Below are positions 42,201-54,200 of a DNA stretch of 64,000 bases, in pieces. A program made the translations under genes and the position numbers. Within the stretch, counting starts at the first letter, position 1. Each line of letters starts with the position of its first letter. The notes below the pieces were generated by a model. The model saw nothing but the letters and a program-made list of their open reading frames with translations. It searched no databases and was not told where the DNA came from. Source of the stretch: Phoronis australis (taxonomy: Eukaryota; Animalia; Phoronida); assembly GCA_002633005.1 (NCBI GenBank), contig NMRA01000495.1, forward strand, positions 160,837 to 224,836, written 5' to 3'.

Positions 42201-45200
42201 AAACCCCGTTGGCAACTGCAGCGGAAACTTCCATCCTCAATCTACAACAACGGATTATTCTGTAGCAATGTCAACGAAATCAACAAGACACCTCGTGCTC
42301 TTGCTGATACATCCAACAGTCTCACAGCACTCAACATGAAATTTGAATATTCTAATCAACAGAAAAGGTTATTTGTAAAAGTGTCGCCATTTGAGGAAAA
42401 CCCTTCCAACTGGACGTGTTAAAGGATGGGAAATATCTACCTAAATTTTTAATGATCAATGAAAATGAATAGATTTCAGGGGGTCTCTGGTTTGATCCCT
42501 GGTCAGGGTATAAATCTTTTCGGAAGCTGTCTTGATGGACTTATCAAAGGCCTTTGACATCATTTAACCATCTCCACAGTAATGTACTCCTTAACAAGAA
42601 CACAATGTGAATTTACAGAAGCGTGCTTTAGTATCTGATTTTGAAGGAAAAGAAGCATGGTAATTTTATGGGAAACGGTAAAATCTCACCAATTAAGGTT
42701 ACACGTACCACTATTTCACAAAAAAAACATTAAAAACATTGGCGCTGACTATGGAAAATCCCAGACACACTTTCTCTATGAATTTTTGCAGAAGTTTTAA
42801 TACAGAAAACTTGGAGAATGCTGGTGAAAGGATTTTTCCCAATCAATGTACCTTAGTTTTAAAAACAACACTTTTGCCAAAAAGGCATGATCACGTAACC
42901 ACAAAAATGGTACAGTGTTGTGGATGACATGATTAGATTTTTCTCTGTCAATTCCTAGTTTCAGAAAATGTATTACTTTGTGAATTGACGCGTCAGTTAC
43001 TTACTAATAATAAATATTTCAAGAAGGCAAAATTTTAATTAGAGATACGCATAACCTTAAGGCCACAATATGGCCGACAGGTGAACTAACACAGAATGAA
43101 GGCTCCTATCAGTCTTAAGTTGTATACCATGATACATACCATCAGACAGTGTTTTGAAAAAGTGAAGGCATTCACAACTACAAGTTAGAAGCTTTTGAAA
43201 TCAAAAAAAACGCTAATTTTGACAATTATTTTAGTCCAAAAATGGTGAAACGTTACCATTTCCATCCCAGAATGCAACACCAGAAAAACGTTCCGATGAG
43301 TGCAATCGGTGGCCTTTTTAGCAAACAGCTACATGTAGTTACTGTATTGATAGGAAATTACTTACATAACAGTTACCGGAGTTCTGACACGGCAGCAACG
43401 AACATGGATTTGTTAGCTGACTACAGGTTGAGCCACTGTAACCTAAGAAATGGATATAAAGTGGTCTGTTTAGTTAAACAAAATAAACAGCAATAAGTGT
43501 GACTAAAACACATAGAATGCTAAACTACAAGTGTTATGGGTGAACGCCACTAACTTAGGCAACTGCGTGTCAAATAAATAATTTTGCGTGGCTGAAGTTT
43601 AATATACTTATGCCACGTATTAAAACTTTTAAAAAGATTTAATCCAAGTTGTTTCACTAACTCCCATGCAAATAAAGCTAGTCACGTGACCGTACAATAA
43701 TTGTTACACAGACACCTGACAAAGTTATTGCGTGGGCATATCGAAACGTGTCGTATCAAGTTTATTTTGATGTTTTATGGGCACAAATATCAGGGATCAC
43801 GTACTGGAGTTTTCAGTTATTCCAGCAAGGAAACCAACCATACTGTATTCGACAAAAAAAGCTTTAAACTGGTAATGAACCCGCGTTCTGTCAAAGAGGC
43901 GAAACTTTGATTTCGACTACTCACCACTATAAAATTGGTCTCCACTTCTTGTTCTTTACTCAATTGAGAAGTGAGTTCAGGGTTTGCATGGAAATGACTG
44001 TCAGTCATTTCTCGATACCCTGCTCGACGCAAAAAACGACACGCCGTGAAAAGCTAAATTCAGTTGAGGCTTTTGCAGCCCTGAAATCACCTCCAGTTTA
44101 ACTAAGGATCAGTATGCAGTCTAAATCAAAGACCTTCGGGTGGTTTTTGTGATGGAAGGCGGGTTCATAGCAGCTTTATTAACACTTCCCTCAAAAATGT
44201 GCTGGCTTAACCGGCCAAATGTATCAAATAGAAATTAAATTCTGTCAAGTCTGTGTGGACAATAAGTTAAGGTTGCGTGCGACCTTGTCTGGGTATAGAG
44301 CCCAGTAAGTACAATATCATAGATTTTAAATCAGTAAAAGAGATTCTGTAGAGGTTGGTTTTTGGCATTATACTAGTCTGCTACTAATGCAGTCATGTAT
44401 GTAATGTCTTTTTAGTAAAATTTAACACAAAAATTTCATAGTTAGCAAAAACAACAGTACCAATAACATAACTTTTGTTTGACACGAAATCTCAAAAATG
44501 CTGCTAAAATTTTCTAACCTATCATTTTGTGTTCGTTTTATGCACCTTTTGAATTTTTCCTGTTTTTGATAGCCCTTCATGCAAAACTGTAACATTTTAA
44601 AAACAATTTGTCTTGAAGAAGAGAGTATAAAGCATGATGATGTCTGAAAGTTCCACACGAGTCCATACTGCCATGTCTGAGAGAAGCTGTTCTGAAATTT
44701 GAAGGTCCTAAATAACATCAATACCTGGCTTGCAGCTACAATGATAGCCAGACCGAAGAGCTGTACAGACGCCGTTCAGACAAGGTGAGGGGTCGCAAAC
44801 TCTGGGATTAATTGGTGGTAGACTTGTTGTAGTCACGGCAACAGAAATCAACTAAAAGTAGCAAATTCACCAATATGAACATTTAGGACACAAGGGCTGC
44901 AACAAAAAACAAAACAGTGCAGGTTTCAGGCTAGGCTGTGAAAGTATAACAAATGCCATAAAGTTCGTAATTTCAAACACGTACATTGGCTGATGTGAAT
45001 TTCCATAAATGAAATTGCAGGATTTTTTGGTAAAATGTGACAATATAAATAAAAAAGTCTAGATGCCATTTTGTAAAGAAAAACAATAACAGTTAACCGA
45101 CATTACCAAAATCAAAAGTTATTATTTATTACAAAGATTTACCACGAAAATCTATAGAAGACATCTTAAAAAATTTTCATAATTGGTGCTTAAATAATGC

Positions 45201-48200
45201 ATTTAAGAGAATTTATGATAAGAGAAGTCAATTATGTACATTGAACGATTTGCAAAAAAACATGAAGGTTGACAACTATCTAATAAATAAATGTAATTTT
45301 TCTTTTGCTTGCCAATCTTCAAAAGATTTTATAAATTTCACACTTTCTTGTTCTCAGATACCTTTTTGAACATGTATAATGCCATGGCCTGTTTGTAAGC
45401 ACTAACAATGTATTGGAATGGCTGCAACATTTTTGCAAAATAGTTACAAGTGTCACCCAACTTTAACAATGTCTTTACTGCACTACATTAGGCTGAACCA
45501 CAATTATGGCAATTACTAATTAATTATAATAAGCGCATTAAGCAGGTATTATGCAATTAACTTAGCACAAATAGGACATTTTACTGCAATCAGTTATAAG
45601 TACATTAGGCAGATATATATACTGTCTTAGTCTGGTATGTACTTAAGGTAGCGCAAATAGTCAACTTTGCAGCAGTCACTAATAAGCGCATTAGGCAGGT
45701 ATTATGTACTTTAAGTAGCGCAAATAGTCAACTTCGCAGCAGTCACTAATAAATGCATTAGGCACGTATATACGTACTTAAAGTAGTGCAAATAGTACAT
45801 TTTGCATTACAAAGAAGTTCTGTAAGTACATGCTTCCAATTTGTAGCTACTCACCCACTTCCAACAAGTTTGGATTTTCATTGCTTCTCATAGCATTACG
45901 TTTTTGTACGCAGATATGAAAGTTGGTTGGGATGACTTCAATTGATAGAAATTACATGGCAAATCTTTATCGGCCATATTAAGACCTCTTGAAATTCAAA
46001 CTTTAAGCTGTTTTTGCACTAGAAGTAGTCCAGACTAATCTGTGGTTCGAGCATAACTTCGATTAGCAATTACGACAACCAACCGAGGGGTAAAGTGCCA
46101 CCTTTCCCTGTTGACATAATTTTGAAAGCTGCGCATTAAAAGGATTCATTTTTTGTCCAAGCAACATAACTGTGATCAAGACCTTTGTCTGATTTATTCT
46201 TTGGGAATAACTTTGAATGAGACAGCCCTAACTGCCCTTCATGTTTGCTGCAAACATGACTGAAGACACGTAACGATCCTGTTCATCGACCATATCAGAC
46301 ATTGTCCACAAAATTTCTACGAACTTTGTGAGAGCATGTTTCAATCTCTGTCAGTCCTTATTTGTCAAACATATTTTGCTTGTTTATTCCTTTATAACAA
46401 GGAGGTGCACCAGAGAGTATTTACGAGCTAGAGCAGATGGATTTTAAACAGCAGCCATCTACTGACAGGAACACAAAATTAAATGTAAATTCGCTTTACA
46501 TCAAACTTTTATACAACACTTGTTAGCAAGCAAAACAAAAACGGAGGTTAAGACCACAGCAGGTGATTTTACCAACCTCTTCATAAAAGTTAATAACATC
46601 TATTAATTTAAGAAAGAAGTCAAAACTTTTTGCGCTCAAAGTTTTTGAGGAATTCTTTCGGCTATTTTTTACATGTCAAAGACAACAGCTGTTCCAAATC
46701 ACACCCAGAGGCAGGTTACCAAGCAATTTACAACAAGCGTGAAAATAATACAGTCTAAACCTTTCGCATGACTGTGGTTAATATAAGCGGAATTTATAGT
46801 CTGCTCACTAATCTTTTTTTTTTCACTGTTCTAACTTCTGCACCGTCCTAAATGTAGTTCAATTTCAATATACCTTTTGCGTTAGGACTAAAATTCTTGT
46901 GATCGTAAAACAAAGTCCACAGGTATAACTCATTACTGTGGACCAGTATGAGATCCTAGCTCTGTAGTGAGAAAGGCAATACAGTTTTGAACATCCATTT
47001 CTCTTTAGTGAGCGATCGATTCGCATCAAGTTTTGCTATGGTGGAGGGTACCATGTTTCAGATTTTTCACTTTGCGTTGAACAACGGAGATAACGTACGA
47101 AAACAAAGAAAACTTTTGCGATGAGGTTTTAAGGCTACGTAGGACCAAGTTTGTGTACTTACGAAAACAATAAAAAACTAATGAATTTTAACTTCGTAAT
47201 AAAAGTACATGCTTTCTGAAAGTAGAAGAGATGTAGAATTTGATTTTAGACTTTTTACTTACGCCATTGATTGGGTCAGGTGACCACGTCTTTTCAGTGA
47301 AATTTAACAAAAAAGAAACATAAGATACGTTGATAGACAAGCAACATTTATCACAAACACGTCTCGACTAAATTTCATTTCACATAAATAGTCGAGATCA
47401 GTTTGTTAGTTTTCTAAATTTTCGTTTCATTTTCGTGTTATGCAACTCTGACTTTTCATGAAAATCATAATAAATTATTTATAATAAAGTCCTATTTTGT
47501 GACAGTCCCCTATGCAAACATGGAACATTTTAATATCAATAATCCCTAAAAGCATTTTACAGAAGAGTACATATACCAGTATTAATACAAAATATTCAAA
47601 AATGAAAAAGAGCTACACAGCCATGTATTATCTGAAAGGTTTGGGTGAATTTTGGAAAACCATTTCTCAGATCGGATGTTCAAAAGTTCGCCAAATTTCG
47701 AATTTTTATGCGGTCCTAAATAACAAGTGACTTCCATGGCTTAATCCTCAGTCTGTTGCTCGAGAGTAAAACAAGAACATCAAGTTTATTTACGCACTCG
47801 CCAACAATTCATTTAAAAATTCACGTTCAAAGAAAAATGCGATTATTATCGTGAAAATGGTGGTCACATGATTATAAATGATAGGGTGATGTTTTACGCC
47901 ACAAATTCACTCTGGGTCACAAAGGAAGTATTCAGAAAAAGTTGTTTTCCTGAAATGTGAAAGGACTTCACAAGTAAACAGTTAACCTTACTAACCGGCT
48001 GGCAGGCTCTACAGGAAGTGTCAATGTGAGGTTGACACAAACAATAGCAGAACAATAAAAAGACCACGCACTCAGACCTGCCAGACAACTAAACGACAGC
48101 TTATTTGTCTCTAGAGTAGGAGTATGGTGGCTAACAAATAGTTCTGAACACGTTGTCAAGAAAAATTGCCACCCAGGGTTCTTCTCAGGGAAAAAATCAC

Positions 48201-51200
48201 AACATGGCTCAAATTGCACATCGCTTTGCGCTTTTGCATTTTAATCTTCCTATCTGCCTATTTACAGATTAAAACTAACAGTAACACTGTTTCCTGAGCA
48301 TGTAATCACCATTAACTGCACAACAAAAGAATAGCCACAGCAAAATCTCGCCAATTTAGGACACACAATATGGGGGACAGATCTATGAGACATTATTTTC
48401 TCATTTTTTCATAAAAGATAATGTGGCATCATATCAATGCTTTGTCATGTTCAAGTTATGTACCATCAAAAAATATTTTTTGAAAAAGGTAGTCATTCGC
48501 AACAATTTTAGGAGACCTTGTAAAACGAAACAAGAGCAATGCGCACCGTTGATAGGCACCCACCATGTGCATCGCATGTAGCGCGGAGACAATATTATTG
48601 TTGATTACTATATTAAAAAATCTCACTAAACGGAACCATGCTAATAAACTTAAAATAGCCTCTAGGGCACGCATAGCAAGTCAGAAATAATCTCCTCAAT
48701 AGGAACACACTTGCCAAGACCGTAAAAAAAACTGGCACTCGGGGCATTTTGTGAAGTGTGGCTGTGTTCCGTAGTCATGAGAAAATCACCAAAAGGTGAA
48801 ACGAGAATGTTTCGCGAGCATGCTAGGAAGTTAGCCACTAAGGTGATTGGTCGGTGAGGTTGGAATGTTGAATTATGGGATAGAATTCACTCATTCCATT
48901 CCACAAGTGAAGAAATCTCACCAGAGTGTCTTAGGTCTAAGGAACACAATCCTGAGTTTGAATGGCACAGCGGTTTTCAGTAGAAAAGCCCACGGGCATT
49001 TCATCGGGTGGGCTTATCTACAGAAAGTCCCGGTATTGGTTAGCACACTACGAGGCTATAGAACTAAGGGCCTATTTCCTTCCTGTATTAGGTCTCAGCA
49101 GGAGTGCGTGAAAGGAAGTGAACGTGCAGATTGGTTAAAGCCCCTCATGGGAGAAAGGCCCAGGAGAGATGTTGTTACGGTCGTAGCAAAAATAATGAAA
49201 TAAAATGAATGTTACCTGAGTGGGCGACGTCTCTGGAGCAGTAGTTACCGACAGTGTTGTAGTACCATCTGTTGTCATCAGTGAAGGATTAGAGGTGGCA
49301 AGTGGGTTCCCTGAGTTATCGGGGGGAGATGTAATGTCGATATTAGCAGATGCGCTGGCAAGCAAGGTCTACAAATAATGAAAGAATATTATAAATTATG
49401 CATGTAACTAAACAGTGGCACTAAAATATTAATGAGGCAATATTTGAAATAGATGCTCAAGAGGGTTTTTTTTTGAAATGCGTCCGCGACAACAATGCAA
49501 AGAGTGTGCTTCTAGAGGTGTTAATTAGTATCAAAAATAGACACTAGGTGGTGCAGAAAATGTCAAATCCATCCCAAAATGGATAGATGCTATCGCCATC
49601 ATAACAGAAACTTGTTTACCGCATTTCAACAAAAACTGTCACAAAACTCAGAATGTATATTAATACAGAATGTAAAAACTAAAATTGACACTAGGAGGTA
49701 CAGCAGTAATTAAAGCCGTCCAAAAGCCGTAAGTAGCTGTAGTCACATTGATAATTCTTGCAAAATTTCACAAAGACTCTTCAAAGAAGTGAGGAGATAC
49801 GACAGAGGAAGCGTCACAGTTGTCAAATCTGTCCACAAATCAACATCTTCTTATCAGGAACAAAAAAAATCGCACTAGAAAATAAAAATGGCCACTAGGT
49901 GATGCAAAAATACATCAAATCCATACAAAAATGGAAGACTATTATGGTCATCTCCTTAATAGAAACTTATTTTCTGATTATCACAAAAAAACAAACAATG
50001 AACTCCGAAAATACTGACTGAGGCAAACCTAAACAACTAAAACTGCCACTAGGCGACACAGTCAGTGGTAGTCGAAAGGGTCTGAAACACATCATAAAAT
50101 GTTGTGAGCTCCATAGGAACACGTCTGCCAAATTTCACGAAGATCCTAAAAAGGTTGAGGAGACACAGCTGCACATGAAAAAAAAACACTAAGGGGCGCC
50201 AAAGTAATGAAACCCATCTGAATATCAACGTCAACCGTAGTGTTCTGATCAGGAACGCATCTGCCTAATTTTCACAATGATCCTCCAAGTAGTTTGGCGG
50301 ATAGAAAGGCAGACGCACAAAATGGATTCGAAACTGCTAAAAATTCCCACTAGGAGGCATACAATACAAAAAATCTATCTGAAAATGGAAAGGCATTGTC
50401 ATCACCTTAATAGAAACCTATTTGACAAGTTTCATGAAAATCCATCAATGATTTCCAAAGATACACTGTAAAACGTAACTAGGGGCACACCAATTATTGT
50501 ATTGGGCTGAAACTCGTCACCATCTGTTGTCCATAGAAACACATCTGCCAAATTTCACAAAGTTCTTGCAAAGTGTAAAGGAGATACAGCCATGATACAA
50601 AATGAAAGAAAATGTCCACTGGGGCGGCAGAGTACTCGAACACACCCAAAAATCGACATCAATTGCGGTATCCTCATCAGAAACACACCAGCCAATTTTC
50701 ATAATGATCCTTCCAGTGGTTTGACAGATAAGAAAGGTGGACACCAAAAATGAACTTGAAAATTTAAAAAACGGACACTAGGTGGATCGTCAAAGACATC
50801 AGAAAATGTAAAGGTGTCATCGCCTTCATAATAGAAACCTATTTGTCAAATTCAAGAATTACGAAGATACAGAAGCAACCGCAAAAAAATAAAATTGCCA
50901 CTAGGGGGCATAGCGGTAGTCCGATTTGTCCGAAAGTCGGCGTCATCCGTCGTCAGCTTCATAGGAACACACCTGCCCAATCTCATTTAGATCATGTAAA
51001 GGGTTTAGGAGACACAGCAGTGGATGCCGGATGCCTTGACGTCCAGACAGAGATGATGGCAATATGCACCTGCATAAAAATATGCGGGTGCATAAATGCA
51101 TATACATTGACTCACATTCTCAATGCTCTTTTTCCCACCAGAGGTCACCACTCTGCTGTCAGTAATTACATCTGATTGGGTGGTTGCTGCTGCAGTTGTG

Positions 51201-54200
51201 CCAACAGAGACCTCTGTGGTGGCTGGTTCACGTGATTCTGTAGTTACACGAGCTTGTGTTGTAGATTCAGCACTTGGTGATGAAGTAACTGTTGTTGACT
51301 CTTGGTTCTAAGGAATATGCCGTATTTTAACATCAACAACATGCTGCAAATCTAACAACAAATAGAGATCAAAAACATCTAGAATGAATATTTCCACGTT
51401 CATTTAGTAATTATCCAACAAAGCAAAAGGAACAGAGAAACATTTTTTACTTTTCAAGTACATCAGATAAAAGCCATTACTCTCAATTTTGTTAAGGCTA
51501 TAGTCAGCCTTACATCGACAAGTAAAAGAATTAAAGTAAGATAAAATAAGAAATTAGAAACATTTTCTTAGGTCAAAAATAACACCTGTGAGCTTTAATC
51601 CAAATACAGCATAACCATAGAAGACTAGATGTCATTGAGTTAACTTGCCTTATTTCACAGCTAACTGACTTGCCACTAAATCAATATTTAAACTGCTGAC
51701 ACTCGCCATTGTGTGAAATGGGATGTCCCAAAGGAATAGCCACATTACCAACGAATATAACTTAAATGCAATACATCACTCAACGAGGAGACAAGCAGAT
51801 AATAACATAACACGTCTTCGGTAACCTTTGACAACAGTGGCTCCACTTCAAAACATAGTTCAACATGGTGATGTTCACCCCACCTACCGTAGTTAACCGT
51901 TCGCTTGTCTTGTCCAGTGTAGTGGCTGAAGCTTTAAACTGGCAGTTATTTCCACTGGTGCCAGCTGGACACGTGCACATATAGTAGGCTACGGTGATCC
52001 TGTCACGACGACTGAACGCTTCACACGAACCGCCATTCAGACATGGTTGACTGTGGCAGGAGTCGACTGAAAAAGATGCAAAGCTAGATAGCGTTTGAGG
52101 TGCACAGACTTCCAAAATTAATGGTGTGTAATAACAAGTGTCAGCTGGGCGGAGCCTAAACGCAATTACTACCTATAATGATAAGAATAATGACCAGTAT
52201 TCCATAAGAGGTCAGTGACCACTCGCCACTATGGCAAAAGAAACACTTCATTCACAATTACCATATAAATATTAAAGAAGCATTTAAATGATAAAAATGG
52301 ACTCGAAACACTTCCTTATATTCGGTTTCTGCCAATAGGAATGTCCACTTTCCGATATAGCAGGGACGTGATGAAATATGCCTCGTCGCAGGACAGCACT
52401 TTGGAAACTGTGTCAAGCATTTAAGGATTCAGTTTTAAGGTAAACAATTATCATTAATAATTTACTAAAGACCATTTTCTAAGTGTATAAAATGATAGTC
52501 ATTTGGCTATGGGAGAAATCATGAATGCAATGTCTTGCCAAAATAAACAGAATTTTTAAGTATTTTAAAACAATCTATGAGATTTTCAGAACAAGCAAAC
52601 CGTTACCGAAAATACACACATAGCCATACTTCTTGAAAATTTTCAGAAAATAAGTTCATCGGCATACTTTTGGTTGACCCTATTTTGGGAAATTACCGGT
52701 GCTGCAGTAATTTTAAAAATTTGACAGTGAATAAGAAGGAAACGTCAACTTAAATTCTTACCAGGCTGAAGTCCCATGACACTGTTACATGTAGCGTTAG
52801 ACTCATCTGAGCCTCCAGGGCAGTCAACCTTACCATCACACACCCAGTCACACATTGTGCAATCAGTGACAACAGGGTGACCACAGGACATCTGGCAGAT
52901 GAACGAGTTGTCTGGACATCCATCCATAACTAGTGGAAGATAAGAGATCTATTTCTAGACACTATTAAATTGGTAAAAAATGAAGTTAAAACTTTTTATT
53001 TATGCCATTTATCATGGTCTTATCTTGCTCCTTGCCGAGTCAAGAAAAACTGATCTCTGAGCTCCAGAAGAACTGTCAGTTTGTTATTTTTTTTAGATCA
53101 AGGTAACAAAATTTTACGAGCTTGGTCTAAGGAAATAACAGACTACAAGTTCTTTGCAAGACCAAAACCATTTCTCATCTGAGTAAGGAACAAGTTGAGA
53201 CCAATTTTGTAGTGGTAAGTGGTCTAAAACAGGTTTATTGCTGTTTCAAGTACTTCTAAAACAGACCGTAACTGAATTGGTTTCCTTTAACCACACCAAT
53301 AGCAGTGAGTCAGGATAATTCAACTATGGGACACAATAGACACCATGTACTATACAATTCCAATCATAGTGATATATTATTACATAAATTATTACATACA
53401 TTGACACTACAAATTAACCAATGGAGACTACAAGTAAGCACCTTGACTACAGTTAATTGTAACCAATGGAGACTACAAGTAAGTACCTTGACTACAGTTA
53501 ATTGTAACCAATGGAGACTACAAGTAAGCACCTTGACTACAGTTAATTGTAACCAATGGAGACTACAAGTAAGCACCTTGACTACAGTTAATTGTAACCA
53601 ATGGAGACTACAAGTAAGCACCTTGACTACAGTTAATTGTAATTAGCACAGATAAAACAGTGATATTACATAAGACTGTTGATGTCAGAGCGAGACCAAT
53701 TAAAAAAGTAATGCTAAATTGGTAGTTAGCTGTTTGGCTCATCACTCCATCATGGGAGCTCATTGTGAACTGTTGGACGATACCTCTCATATAAACTATA
53801 AGTGAAGAAGGGAGTAAAACGTATGTAGAAACTTTTGCTGCGACCGAGACTTGAATCGGCGTTGACCGTGCGATACTAGTAACCGAGCATCCAAACCATT
53901 CATTCAAGAGGCAACTGCCACTTGACAAATAATTTAGGGAGGCTTTTTATTGCTGTACATCACACTCGGAAGTCACTTGTCATAACACGTAATTATGCCA
54001 TTATATTGGAATATAGATGTGTCGCAAGTGTAGCAAGGTTCCCAATCTCGCCATTACAAGACACTCGCATTAACCTGCTGCTTGACATTTGATCAGGGTC
54101 TGACAGTGAATGACCCCGATCAAAGGTCAAACAGCAGCCTGTTACAGTGATCTACACGTGCCACATACTAGTAGTATCAAGATTGCAAACCTCACCCGAT

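Noticed and set aside
47894-48219. Possible alternative signal-peptide or extra exon
   Set aside because: No ATG in suitable context, and the flanking exons 49216 and 44851 already join in phase.
53305-53646. Repetitive ORFs or a possible CRISPR array
   Set aside because: A 45-bp minisatellite with no unique spacers in eukaryotic context; the ORFs arise from the repeat length being a multiple of three.
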